DNA of 50,138 nt, from positions 1 through 50,138 of the forward strand of contig JAJYTL010000001.1 in assembly GCA_021793055.1 (NCBI GenBank), in the 5' to 3' direction. Origin of the DNA: Pseudomonadota bacterium (lineage in GTDB: Bacteria; Pseudomonadota; Alphaproteobacteria; Ferrovibrionales; Ferrovibrionaceae). The stretch's first letter is position 1. Each line of letters opens with the position of its first letter. Positions 30,547-39,827 of the stretch are shown in pieces. Below the pieces are notes generated by a model, which worked only from the letters and a program-made list of their open reading frames with translations, was not told the origin of the DNA and made no database searches. Made by a program: the position numbers and the translations under genes.

Positions 30547-30562
30547 TGGCACAACCGTTGCT
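30547..30562 (+). promoter_or_regulatory. Sigma-54 promoter for the BMP-family ABC transporter operon
   Basis: TGGCACaaccgTTGCT is a full match to TGGCAC-N5-TTGCW, about 85 nt upstream of ATG 30647. Confidence 0.7.
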
Positions 30563-30646
30563 TTGCCCGTTGAGGAGGGCCAGGGCGCCAGCCTCGCGTC
30601 GCGCGGGTCGGCCGCAACCCAAAGATTGCGAGATCGGGAGATCGAT

Positions 30647-31639
30647 ATGACTTATTCACGGCGAAGCGTATTGCGGACCTTGTCCGCTGGCTCCATTGCC
30701 GCCGGACTGGTCGGCACGATGCCGCTTTCGGCCCTGGCCGCGGGACCGATTCCGATCGGCGTGCTAATTCCGGGCTCGAAGTCCGACAAGGGCTGGATGG
30801 AATCCGGCTACGACGGCATGCTGGCGGCGGAAAAGAAATACAAATCGAAGATCAAGGTCAGCTACATCGAGAACGTGCAGTTCGCCGACATGCCCCAGGC
30901 GCTGGTGCAGCTTGCCGCCGCGAACGCCATGGTGATCGGCGTCGGCGGCCAGACCCAGGCCTCGGTATTCAAGGTGGCGCCGCGCTTTCCCAACATGAAG
31001 TTCGCCGTCATCGGCGGCAACAACGATCCGGCACGGCCGAAGAACGTCTCCATCTACGACGTGCGGCAGGCGGAAATCGCCTTTGTCGCCGGTGCCGCCG
31101 CCGCAATGCTCTCGAAGACCGGTGTCGTCAACTATATCGGCGGCTTGCAGATTCCGGCCATCGTCAATGCCGGCAAGGAATTCGGCCTCGGCGCGAAGTA
31201 CATCAACCCGCACATCAAGTACATCGAAACCTATACCGGCAACTTCGACGACGTGCAGAAGGCGAAGGAGGCCGAGCTTGCCGCCATCGCCAAGGGTTCC
31301 GACGTCAGCTACAACATCCTCAACCTCGGCGTCCGCGGCCAGGAGGAGGCGGCGCGGGAAAAGCACATCCACATGATCGGCAGCTACACCGATCGCTGCG
31401 GCTCCGACCCGCTCTATATCGCCTATACGATCACCGGCGTCGGCTTTATTCTGGAATACGCCATCACCCAGGTGGTGCACGGCACCTGGAAGGCGGAATA
31501 CAAGCCCTTCGGTCTGGTCATGGGGCCGAAATCCTCGGGTATCGCCATTTGCAAGGGAGAAACGCCGGCGATGGCGGCGAAGCTCAAGCAAATCGAGAAG
31601 GACATCCTCGCCGGCAAGATCAAGGTCTTGTCGAGCTGA
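30647..31639 (+). CDS. BMP-family (PnrA/Med-like) ABC transporter substrate-binding protein with a Tat-like signal
   Basis: The leader MTYSRRSVLRTLSAGSIAAGLVG...ALAAGP contains an SRRxVL twin-arginine motif. The mature part (IGVLIPGSKSDKGWMESGYDG, VIGGNND) looks BMP/basic-membrane-protein-like. GGGAG precedes the ATG. Confidence 0.8.
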   Translation: MTYSRRSVLRTLSAGSIAAGLVGTMPLSALAAGPIPIGVLIPGSKSDKGWMESGYDGMLAAEKKYKSKIKVSYIENVQFADMPQALVQLAAANAMVIGVGGQTQASVFKVAPRFPNMKFAVIGGNNDPARPKNVSIYDVRQAEIAFVAGAAAAMLSKTGVVNYIGGLQIPAIVNAGKEFGLGAKYINPHIKYIETYTGNFDDVQKAKEAELAAIAKGSDVSYNILNLGVRGQEEAAREKHIHMIGSYTDRCGSDPLYIAYTITGVGFILEYAITQVVHGTWKAEYKPFGLVMGPKSSGIAICKGETPAMAAKLKQIEKDILAGKIKVLSS

Positions 31640-31654
31640 CGCGGATAAAATCCC

Positions 31655-33316
31655 GTGACAGGGCAAACGGCAACCGCCGTTGATCCCTTGCAGACGACGG
31701 GGCGCGCCTCGCGCGTGCGCGCCCCGGACGTCCGCGAGCCGGTTCTTGATCTCGCCGGGATCACCAAGAGCTTCGGCGCGCTGACCGCCCTGTCCGAGGC
31801 TGCGCTTGAGGTTCACGCTGGTGAGGTGCTGTGCCTGCTCGGCGAGAACGGTGCCGGAAAGTCGACGCTCTGCAACCTCATCTACGGCGTCTTTCGGCCG
31901 ACGGGGGGCGAGATGCGTCTCGGCGGCGCGGCCTACGCGCCGGCCGATCCCAAGGCCGCGCTCGAGGCCGGCGTCGGCATGGTGCATCAGCATTTCAGCG
32001 TCGTGCCGAGCATGACGGTGGTCGACAACCTTCTGCTCGGGCGCAGTCGCGGCATTCTGCACCGTCGCCTGTTCGCCGAGGAGATCCGTGCCCGTGCCGC
32101 CGAGTTCGGTCTCGAGGTCGATCCTTGGCGCGTGGTCAAGGACATGTCGGTCGGCGAACGCCAGCGGCTCGAAATCGTCAAATGCCTGATGCGCCGCCCC
32201 CGCCTGCTGCTGCTCGACGAGCCGACGGCGGTGCTGCCGCCGGAAGAAATCGGCTCCTTTCTCGACGTCTGCCGGCGTATCGCCGACGGCGGTGGGGCAC
32301 TGATCCTGGTCACTCATAAGCTTGCCGAAGTGGCCAAGATCGCCGACCGCACGGCGATCCTGCGCGCCGGCCGCATCGTCGACACGGTGCCGATGGCGAG
32401 CGCCGACATGAAGGCCATCGTCCAGGCGATGATTGGGCGCGAGCTTGGCGGCGCGACGGTGGCGGTGGGGCTCGATCTTGCCGAGCACGCCGAGGCGGCC
32501 GAGACCGACGAGCTCCCGGCAAGCGCAGAGGCAAGCGGAAAAATCCCCGCCGCGACCAAGAGCCGCCCGCCCGACGTTCTTCAGATCGACGCTTTAACGT
32601 ACCGCGATCGCAACGGTGCCGTGCGTCTCGACGAGATCACGGTCGAAGTGCGGCCGGGGAAAATCCTCGGCATCGCCGGCGTCGAGGGCAATGGCCAGAG
32701 CGAGCTCGGGCTGATCCTGGCCGGGCTGGAGCGGCCGAGCGCCGGGCGCTGGTTCGTTGGCGACCGCGAGATGACCCGGGCGAGCCCGGCCGAGATCACC
32801 GCCGCCGGCGTCGGCATCGTACCGGAAGACCGCCATGCGGTGGGCGCCGTTGTCGAGATGTCGGTCGCGGAAAATCTCTGCTTGCAGAATCTCGCTCAGT
32901 ATACCCGGTTCGGTCTGGTGCGGCGCGGCGCCATGACCGCCGCCGCCAAGGACCTGATCGCCCGTTACGACGTTCGCGGCGCAGGGCCGGAAACGCGCTT
33001 CGCCTCGCTTTCCGGCGGCAATCAGCAAAAGGTGGTGCTGGCGCGTGAGCTCACTCTCGATCCCTTGGTGCTTCTGGTCGCGGCGCAGCCGACCCGTGGC
33101 CTCGACGTCGGCGCGGTGGAAACCGTTTACGGCCACATCCGCTCGGCTTGCGGGCGCGGCGCCGGCGTTCTCCTGATTTCGAGCGAGCTTGACGAACTGA
33201 TTGCGGTTTCGGATCGCATCGCCGTCATCTATCGCGGCCGCATCGTCGGTGAAATGCCGGCCACGCAAAAGAACCGCGAGGCCATTGGTGCCCTGATGTC
33301 GGGGCACGCGGCATGA
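31655..33316 (+). CDS. ABC transporter ATP-binding protein, duplicated ATPase (sugar/nucleoside CUT2 type)
   Basis: Two ABC cassettes are present: GENGAGKST...LLLLDEPT, then GVEGNGQSEL...LSGGNQQKV...LLVAAQPTRGLDV. Confidence 0.9.
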   Translation: MTGQTATAVDPLQTTGRASRVRAPDVREPVLDLAGITKSFGALTALSEAALEVHAGEVLCLLGENGAGKSTLCNLIYGVFRPTGGEMRLGGAAYAPADPKAALEAGVGMVHQHFSVVPSMTVVDNLLLGRSRGILHRRLFAEEIRARAAEFGLEVDPWRVVKDMSVGERQRLEIVKCLMRRPRLLLLDEPTAVLPPEEIGSFLDVCRRIADGGGALILVTHKLAEVAKIADRTAILRAGRIVDTVPMASADMKAIVQAMIGRELGGATVAVGLDLAEHAEAAETDELPASAEASGKIPAATKSRPPDVLQIDALTYRDRNGAVRLDEITVEVRPGKILGIAGVEGNGQSELGLILAGLERPSAGRWFVGDREMTRASPAEITAAGVGIVPEDRHAVGAVVEMSVAENLCLQNLAQYTRFGLVRRGAMTAAAKDLIARYDVRGAGPETRFASLSGGNQQKVVLARELTLDPLVLLVAAQPTRGLDVGAVETVYGHIRSACGRGAGVLLISSELDELIAVSDRIAVIYRGRIVGEMPATQKNREAIGALMSGHAA

Positions 33317-34401
33317 GCGGCGCCGCTTCCTCGGCTCCCGCCTCGGGCCTGCGTATTCCGGCCCCCGGCGTTGTCATTCCGCTCGCCGCCATCGCGGCCT
33401 CCTTCGTCGTCGGCTTCGCGCTGATGGCGTTGACCGGCTCGAATATCGGCGCCGCCATCGGCGCGTTCGCGCAAGGCGCCTTCGGCAGCGCCTATGCCAT
33501 CGGCACCTCGCTCAACCGCGCCGTCGCGCTCGGCCTCGTCGGGCTTGGGTTCATCCTTGCCGAGCGCGCCAATCTCATCAATGTCGGCGGCGAGGGGCAG
33601 ATCGCCATGGGTGGCATCTTTTCCACCGCGGTCGCGCTCTATGGCGGGGTCAAGGGGCTGCCTTATGGCTTAGCGGTGCTGCTTCCGCTTTTGGCCGGGA
33701 CGCTGGCCGGCGCCGCCTGGGGTGCGCTCGCCGGGGTGATGAAGATTCGCTTCGGCACCAACGAGGTGATCAGCACCTTGCTGCTCAACTTCATCGCGAT
33801 TCTTCTGGTCTATTGGTCGGTACAGTCGGTCCATCTCTTGCGCCAGCCCGCGAGCTTCGCCGGCACGCTGCCGCAGAGCCTGCAGGTGCCGCCGTCGACC
33901 ACGCTGCCGCTGCTGACCGGCAATCCCGCCGACCCGCTCCATATCGGCGCCGCGGTCGCCGTTGTCCTCGCCATCGTCACCGCCCTCGTTCTTCGCCGCT
34001 CCGCCTTCGGGCTCCGGCTGAAGGCGATCGGGCTCAGCCCGACCGCCTCGCACCGCGCCGGAATCCGTACCGATGCCCTGATGGTCTCGGTCCTGGCGCT
34101 CTCCGGCGCCTTCGGCGGCTTGGCGGGCGCCATGATGCTGCTCGGCGATCAGGGCTATCTCACCGCCGGCTTCTCGTCCGGCTATGGCTTCGACGGGCTG
34201 GTCGTCGGCCTCCTCGCGCGCGGCTCGGCGGCGGGCGTCGCTGCGGTCGCGATCTTCTTCGGCTTTCTCCGCTCGGGCGGCATCTCGATGCAGATTTCGG
34301 CCCATGTCCCGGCGGCCTTGGTGACCATCGTGCAAGGCATGATCGTCGTCGCCATCGCCGGCTCCGCCATCCTGATCGAACGCATGGGGCGGCGCGCATG
34401 A
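33313..34401 (+). CDS. ABC transporter permease (BMP-type system)
   Basis: The product is a polytopic membrane protein. There is a 4-nt overlap with the ATPase gene. Confidence 0.85.
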   Translation: MSGAASSAPASGLRIPAPGVVIPLAAIAASFVVGFALMALTGSNIGAAIGAFAQGAFGSAYAIGTSLNRAVALGLVGLGFILAERANLINVGGEGQIAMGGIFSTAVALYGGVKGLPYGLAVLLPLLAGTLAGAAWGALAGVMKIRFGTNEVISTLLLNFIAILLVYWSVQSVHLLRQPASFAGTLPQSLQVPPSTTLPLLTGNPADPLHIGAAVAVVLAIVTALVLRRSAFGLRLKAIGLSPTASHRAGIRTDALMVSVLALSGAFGGLAGAMMLLGDQGYLTAGFSSGYGFDGLVVGLLARGSAAGVAAVAIFFGFLRSGGISMQISAHVPAALVTIVQGMIVVAIAGSAILIERMGRRA

Positions 34402-35321
34402 ACTTGGAAACGCTCGCGGTCTATATTGCCTCGACGCTGCATTTCGCGCTGCCGCTGATGCTGGCGGCGAGCGGCGAGTTGGTGAGCGAGGCGGCCGGCG
34501 TGCTCAACCTCAGCCTCGAAGGCATGATGCTGTTCGCCGCCTTCTTCTCGGTCTGGGGCACCTCGGTCACTGGAGATCCCTGGATCGGCCTGCTCTGGGG
34601 AATCGCGAGCGGAATCGTCTTCGCTATCCTGCAGGCGGTCTTGAGCGTGCGCCTTCGCGCCAATCAGCTGGTCGTCGGTATCGGCCTCAACATCCTGGCG
34701 CTTGGGGCCACCACCTTTCTCAACCGCGAAATTTTCGGCGCGCTCTCGCGCCAGCTGGTGCCGGGGTTCGGCCATCTCCATATTCCCGGTCTCTCGACCC
34801 TTCCGCTCCTCGGCCCGAGCCTCTTCCAGCAGGATCTGGTGGTTTATGTCGGCCTCGCCTTGATCGTCGCGATCTGGTTCGTGCTGCGCTTCACCGCCTA
34901 CGGCGTGGCCTGCCGGGCGGTCGGCGACGATCCGCGCTCAGCCGATTGGGCCGGCATTTCGGTGACGCGGGTCCGCAGCATCGCGATCCTGGTCACCGGC
35001 GCGATGGCTGGCGTCGCCGGCACGCTGATCTCGGTCGGCGATATCCGCACCTTCACCGAAGGCATGACCAACGGCGCCGGCTATCTCGCGATTGCGGCGA
35101 TCATCTTCGGCGGCTGGCGGCTGTGGCCGACGGTCGGCGCGTGTCTGTTGTTCGGCGGCGCGATGGCCTTGCAATTCCAATTTTCTGCCGCGACCTCGCC
35201 GGTGCCGACGGCGGCGCTGTTGATGCTGCCCTATGTGCTGGCGCTGCTTTCGGTCGCCGGTCTCGTCGGCCGGCAGGTGCCGCCGGCGGCGCTGACCATC
35301 CCTTTCTTCGGCAGCCGCTAG
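34398..35321 (+). CDS. ABC transporter permease (second subunit)
   Basis: ATG 34398 (MNLETLAVYIASTLHFALPLMLAASGE) overlaps the previous stop as ATGA. It lies in frame within track ORF 33813..35321. Confidence 0.85.
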   Translation: MNLETLAVYIASTLHFALPLMLAASGELVSEAAGVLNLSLEGMMLFAAFFSVWGTSVTGDPWIGLLWGIASGIVFAILQAVLSVRLRANQLVVGIGLNILALGATTFLNREIFGALSRQLVPGFGHLHIPGLSTLPLLGPSLFQQDLVVYVGLALIVAIWFVLRFTAYGVACRAVGDDPRSADWAGISVTRVRSIAILVTGAMAGVAGTLISVGDIRTFTEGMTNGAGYLAIAAIIFGGWRLWPTVGACLLFGGAMALQFQFSAATSPVPTAALLMLPYVLALLSVAGLVGRQVPPAALTIPFFGSR

Positions 35322-35322
35322 C

Positions 35323-35361
35323 GCGATGATTTTGGGCCGGATCGACCCAAAATCATCGCGT
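35323..35361. terminator. Strong 15-bp-stem hairpin between convergent genes; copy 2 of the conserved hairpin family
   Basis: CGCGATGATTTTGGG (35323-35337), a 9-nt loop and CCCAAAATCATCGCG (35347-35361). It begins 2 nt after the permease stop and lies 29 nt from the MBL gene stop. There is no U-tract. Confidence 0.6.
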
Positions 35362-35389
35362 GCTGTCCTAACGACTTAGAGCGCGGCGC

Positions 35390-36424
35390 TCAGGCGCCGA
35401 ACACGAAACGGCTGCCGGTGCGCGAGGTGAGAAGCCGCTCCGGTATTTTGCGGCGCATCGCCTCAGTGAAGCCGAGGCCGCTGCAGTGCATCGGGATCAC
35501 CACGTCGGGCTCCAGCGCTTTCAGCGCATCGACCGTCTGTTCGACATAGTCCTGCGGCGCCGAGCCGAGGTGAAAACCGCCGAGGACGGCGTGCAGCTTG
35601 CCGATGCCGGAAACCGCCATCGCCGTCTTCACCGTATTGACGATGCCGGCATGGCCGCAGGAGGCGATGACGACGAGACCGCGTCCCTGCACTACGTAGG
35701 CGACCGCATGCTCGTCCGGGTGCTGGTCCGGGATCAGCCGGCCGGTCTTTTCAGCGGCGGAGAAATGATCCGCGGCCGTGGCCATGCCGCCCGCCGTCTT
35801 GTCGCGGACATAGCTGTTTGGCACCACGTGCTCGAAGGAGTTCCGCTCGATCAATCCGGTGGTGAAGGCGCCGTGCAAGGCATGCGGCGCCTCGCAACAG
35901 ACCGCGTCGACGCCGGTCGCAACGATGGCGGCGCGGTCCAGGGTGTCCCAATAGACCGGGTCCTCGCCCTCGCGCTTCATCCATTTCGGCTCGAAATTTT
36001 CCTCGCCGCCGGCGAACAGGCGAAGGTCGCTCCGCATGCGCTCGCGGTAAGTGCCGAGAAAACCGAGCAGCCCGCCGTAATGATCCAAATGCCCGTGGCT
36101 CAGGATCAGGCCGTCGAGCTTTCCCGGCTCGATGTCGAGGAGATCGAAGTTCCGAGTCAGCACCTCCGGCGTGTAGCCGAAGTCGAGCAGATATTGCGCG
36201 CTCTCGCCGTCGCGGCGCGATTCGAGATGAAGCGATAGCCCCCATTCGCCGGCCAGCGTCGACTTCTCCTTGCCGCGGATATGGCGGGTGTGTTCGACGG
36301 CGACCATCGGGTGCGGCTCGGCCTTGGCGAAAAGATCGTAGATCGCATCGACGACGACGCGGACCGAAAGCCACTCCACCACCGGCGCCTGGAACGGCGC
36401 CTTCTTGCTTAACGCGAAATCCAT
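35390..36424 (-). CDS. MBL-fold metallo-hydrolase (COG1237-like)
   Basis: The HxHxDH motif LSHGHLDHYGG is present, with later CGHAG and PMHCSG metal-ligand regions. Size is 344 aa. Confidence 0.8.
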   Translation of the reverse strand: MDFALSKKAPFQAPVVEWLSVRVVVDAIYDLFAKAEPHPMVAVEHTRHIRGKEKSTLAGEWGLSLHLESRRDGESAQYLLDFGYTPEVLTRNFDLLDIEPGKLDGLILSHGHLDHYGGLLGFLGTYRERMRSDLRLFAGGEENFEPKWMKREGEDPVYWDTLDRAAIVATGVDAVCCEAPHALHGAFTTGLIERNSFEHVVPNSYVRDKTAGGMATAADHFSAAEKTGRLIPDQHPDEHAVAYVVQGRGLVVIASCGHAGIVNTVKTAMAVSGIGKLHAVLGGFHLGSAPQDYVEQTVDALKALEPDVVIPMHCSGLGFTEAMRRKIPERLLTSRTGSRFVFGA

Positions 36425-36472
36425 CGTTTGCCTCCCCTGCCGCGAGGGCCGAGGCCGCGGCCAATTCGGAGG

Positions 36473-37297
36473 TTAGCCGTGGTGGGGGCCGGCTGGCAAC
36501 AGCAGCGGCAGGCCGGTGCGGACCAGCATATAGGCCGCGACCACGAAGATGACGCCGGCGAAGATGCGGGTAAAGAGCCGCCGCTCGGCGGCGAGTCGCA
36601 CCGCGAGCTTGAGGCCGATCCAGCCCCCGAAGGCGCCGCCGGCGATGAACTCAGCGGCGATCTTCCAGTTCACCAGATCCGAGATCGCGTAGTTCATGGC
36701 GGTGGTGAGCCCGAAGGTGCCGACCGAGAATAGCGACGAGCCGACGGCGTTCAGGATCGGCATGCCGCTGCCCAGCATGATTCCGGGCACGATGAGAAAG
36801 CCGCCGCCGATGCCAAAGAAGCCGGCGATTGAGCCGACGAGAAAGCCGACTGCGACAAGGCGGCCCGCGATGCTGGGCGTGATGCGGACGTTCGGATCGC
36901 CGCCGGCGCTTTTCGGATGCAACATCATCGCGCCGACCGCCACCATCACCAGCGCGAACAGGAACAGGAGCTTCTGCCCGTCCATGATCTTGCCGATGGT
37001 CGAGCCGAGCGCGGCGCCAGCGATGCCGGAAATGCCGAAAGTGGCGGCGCAGGGCCATTTCACGGTGCGCGCGCGCCAGTGCCCGATCAGGTTGACGAAG
37101 GCATTGGCGGCGACCGCGAGCGCGCTGGTCCCGATCGCGATGTGAGGGTCGCGGATGCCGACGACATAGATCAGCAGCGGTACGGCAAGAATCGAGCCGC
37201 CGCCGCCGATCACGCCGAGCGAAAAGCCGACGACGGAGCCGCAAAGAACCGAGAGGATATCTTGCACCGTACCGTGCCCGCGAGAAGTTCGATCCAC
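36473..37297 (-). CDS. TauE/SafE-family (DUF81) anion exporter-like membrane protein
   Basis: The product has 8 hydrophobic helices with repeated GGGGSI..VP / GIGGGFLIVP motifs typical of TauE/SafE. It ends 48 nt upstream of the MBL gene on the same strand. Confidence 0.8.
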   Translation of the reverse strand: MDRTSRGHGTVQDILSVLCGSVVGFSLGVIGGGGSILAVPLLIYVVGIRDPHIAIGTSALAVAANAFVNLIGHWRARTVKWPCAATFGISGIAGAALGSTIGKIMDGQKLLFLFALVMVAVGAMMLHPKSAGGDPNVRITPSIAGRLVAVGFLVGSIAGFFGIGGGFLIVPGIMLGSGMPILNAVGSSLFSVGTFGLTTAMNYAISDLVNWKIAAEFIAGGAFGGWIGLKLAVRLAAERRLFTRIFAGVIFVVAAYMLVRTGLPLLLPAGPHHG

Positions 37298-37447
37298 GGG
37301 TCCGGCGATGGTGCCATGGTACCGTCTCGCATTTCCCGCAGCTTTTTCTATCGTCGCGGTACGACGGATTTTTTGATTTGAATCAAGGTGCGCCGGCGAA
37401 CGGCGCGATAGCTCTTTTATCCTCGGTCATAACCCAAGGGGGCGGCG

Positions 37448-37813
37448 ATGCGGCGAAACTTCTGGCTTGTCGTGATGGCGGCGCTTTTCTTGCCGGCCAG
37501 CGCCTTGGGCATGGAGATGGAGACGCCGCCGCATGCGCTGGGCGCCGCGCTGCCAAGCATCATGCCGTCGGTGCCGCCGAACGCGCCGCCCGGGCACGCG
37601 GTCAAATCGATGGCGCCCTACAAGGCGGACAACCCGACCTCGCGCTCCGCCACCGAGGCGCTGAACCTTCTCGAGTCCGAAGGCTATGCGAATTTCACCA
37701 ATTTTCGCCAGGACGGCACGCGTTTCCTCGCCGAGGAGACGCAGAATGGTCGCACGTGGCAGCTTGCCGTCGACCCCAAGGCCAGAACCATCGTCAAGAT
37801 GAAGAAGGGCTAG
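37448..37813 (+). CDS. Small secreted protein, PepSY-like C-terminal domain
   Basis: A signal peptide (MRRNFWLVVMAALFLPASALG) is followed by a Pro-rich linker, then ATEALNLLESEGYANFTNFRQDGTRFLAEETQNGRTWQLAVDPKARTI. Confidence 0.55.
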   Translation: MRRNFWLVVMAALFLPASALGMEMETPPHALGAALPSIMPSVPPNAPPGHAVKSMAPYKADNPTSRSATEALNLLESEGYANFTNFRQDGTRFLAEETQNGRTWQLAVDPKARTIVKMKKG

Positions 37814-37818
37814 CCGGG

Positions 37819-38169
37819 CTAGGCCGGCGGATCGAGGATGACCGGCCGTTCCCAGACGATGAGCACCAGACAGCCGTCTTCGCTCACCACCTCGTGGGCG
37901 GTGCCCGGCGGGTTGATGACGAGCGTCCCGGTCGCATGGTGCCCGTTGTGGTCGCTCTGCGAGCCTTCGAGCACGAAGACGTGCTCGTAGCCGGCGTGCA
38001 GATGGAACGGCACCCGCGCTCCCGGCGCGTAGCGCAGATAGGCCGCCGCCGGCCCATGGCTGCCGTTCTGGTACAGCCAGGCGATCTCGATTCCCTCGCG
38101 AAAGGGCTGCCAGGCGAGCGTGCTCGCGGCGTCGGGCAAAAGCGCGGGCAACAGGATGGCTTGGCTCAC
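37819..38169 (-). CDS. Cupin-domain protein (ChrR-like cupin)
   Basis: The cupin His cluster is [16 protein letters not shown]...PPGTAHEV. The GTG start overlaps the upstream stop as GTGA (translational coupling). Confidence 0.75.
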   Translation of the reverse strand: MSQAILLPALLPDAASTLAWQPFREGIEIAWLYQNGSHGPAAAYLRYAPGARVPFHLHAGYEHVFVLEGSQSDHNGHHATGTLVINPPGTAHEVVSEDGCLVLIVWERPVILDPPA

Positions 38170-38837
38170 GGGGCCTCCAAGGCGGCGAGAACTTCATCCA
38201 CGGTCGCGGTCCAGCCGACGATCGCGCCTTGGGCGCGGATCATGTCGAGGGTCGCCTGTTTGAAGGCCGGAAAATAGCTTTCGGTGGCGTCCTCGACCAG
38301 CACGCATTCATAGCCGCGGTCGTTGGCTTCGCGCATGGTGGTCTGCACGCAGACCTCGGTGGTGACGCCGCCGATCGCGAGGTGGGTGATGCCGCGCTCG
38401 CGCAACAGCCGCTCCAGCGGCGTCGCGAAGAACGCGCCCTTGCCGGGCTTCGCGATCACCGGCTCGCCGGCGGCGGGACTTAGCGCCGCGACGAAGTCGC
38501 TGCCCGGCTCGCCATCGATCAGGATGCGCCCCATCGGCCCGTCGTCGCCGATGCGGAGCGCGCCGCCGCCACGGCGCAATTTCGCCGGCGGGCAATCCGA
38601 AAGGTCGGGCCGGTGCGCCTCCTTGGTGTGCAACACGTCGCGCCCGGCGCGGCGGAAGCCGGCGACAAGACGCGCCGCCGCGGGGAGGATGGCGGCAAGC
38701 CGCGAGACGTCGTTGCCGAGCGCCGATCCGAAGCCGCCGGGCTCGATGAAGTCGCGCTGCATGTCGATCATCAGCAATGCGAAACCGGCCTGCGGGAATT
38801 CGTAGGGATAGGGCTTGGCGGTGGCGATGGTGGCCAT
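38166..38837 (-). CDS. Cysteine hydrolase, isochorismatase superfamily (biuret hydrolase / N-carbamoylsarcosine amidase-like), paralogue A
   Basis: Motifs are [48 protein letters not shown] and [27 protein letters not shown] (catalytic Cys). ATG 38837 is preferred over the TTG at 38855 used by the track. Confidence 0.8.
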   Translation of the reverse strand: MATIATAKPYPYEFPQAGFALLMIDMQRDFIEPGGFGSALGNDVSRLAAILPAAARLVAGFRRAGRDVLHTKEAHRPDLSDCPPAKLRRGGGALRIGDDGPMGRILIDGEPGSDFVAALSPAAGEPVIAKPGKGAFFATPLERLLRERGITHLAIGGVTTEVCVQTTMREANDRGYECVLVEDATESYFPAFKQATLDMIRAQGAIVGWTATVDEVLAALEAP

Positions 38838-38862
38838 GTCGCTTGCCGCTCTCAATCCGCGT

Positions 38863-39549
38863 TCATCCGGCGAGCGCCGCGATCAAGGTCTTTGAATCCG
38901 ACACCGCGCCGAAGACGCCGCCCTGCATCTTGATCATCTTGATCGCGTGCAGATGGTTGCCCATGTCGGTGGCGCCGCAGCAATCCTCCAGAAGCAGGCA
39001 TTCGAAGCCGCGGTCGTTGGCCTCGCGCATGGTGGTGTGGACGCAGACGTCGGTGGTGATGCCGGTGAGCACGATATTCTCGATGCCCTGCAGGTGCAGC
39101 ATGAGTTCGAGATCGGTGGCGCAGAACGAGCCCTTGCCGGGCTTGTCGATGATCGGCTCGCCGGCCACGGGCGCAAGCTCGGGAATGATCTCCCAGCCCG
39201 GCTCGCCGCGCACCAGGATGCGGCCGCAGGGGCCGGGGTCGCCGATGCCGGCGCCGATCTGGCGCGAGCGCCAGCGCTTGTTGGCAGGGAGGTCGGCGAG
39301 GTCCGGACGATGGCCTTCCCGGGTATGGAAGATGTGGAAGCCCTGGCCGCGCATGACGCCCAGCAAGCGCTTGATCGGTTCGATCGGCGCTCGGGTGAGC
39401 GAGAGATCGTAGCCCATCTTGTCGACATAGCCGCCGATACCGCAGAAATCGGTCTGCATGTCGATGACGATCAGGGCGGTGTTCTGCGGCGTCAGCTTGC
39501 CGTTATAGGGCCAGGGATAGGGGTCGGCCGCAAGGTATCTCTCGGTCAT
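38863..39549 (-). CDS. Cysteine hydrolase, isochorismatase superfamily, paralogue B
   Basis: Motifs are [52 protein letters not shown] and [27 protein letters not shown]. It is collinear with paralogue A at roughly half identity by eye. Confidence 0.8.
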   Translation of the reverse strand: MTERYLAADPYPWPYNGKLTPQNTALIVIDMQTDFCGIGGYVDKMGYDLSLTRAPIEPIKRLLGVMRGQGFHIFHTREGHRPDLADLPANKRWRSRQIGAGIGDPGPCGRILVRGEPGWEIIPELAPVAGEPIIDKPGKGSFCATDLELMLHLQGIENIVLTGITTDVCVHTTMREANDRGFECLLLEDCCGATDMGNHLHAIKMIKMQGGVFGAVSDSKTLIAALAG

Positions 39550-39690
39550 GCGGCAGTCCCCGCGACAGGCGGCAAGGCGGATTCGGGGAGCGGCCGCAGC
39601 GGCATTGGGAATGTCCTTTCGCGTCGGAGGCGGCGGGCTCGGCCGAGACCGCCCCGCTTTCGCCTAACTCGGTTTCCGCCCGATCGCGTC

Positions 39691-39705
39691 GCAAGGCTTA
39701 TGCCA
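39691..39705 (-). promoter_or_regulatory. Sigma-54 promoter for the cysteine-hydrolase/cupin operon
   Basis: The minus strand reads TGGCATaagccTTGC(G) with exact GG-N10-GC spacing, about 140 nt upstream of ATG 39549. Confidence 0.65.
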
Positions 39706-39827
39706 ACCGTCGCCAGGCCGGCGCGACCCGCCGCGCCGCCGGTCGGGAAGCGGAAGCGGTCGGGATTTGGGCGGAATTTGCGTGTTATTTGGGCACATGC
39801 CCGCCTGCGGGGCAGTGAATGGCGGCC

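Noticed and set aside
30764-32488. 574-aa minus-strand ORF opposite the BMP binding protein and ABC ATPase genes
   Set aside because: It crosses a gene boundary, is antisense to proteins with clear Walker motifs, and is low complexity.
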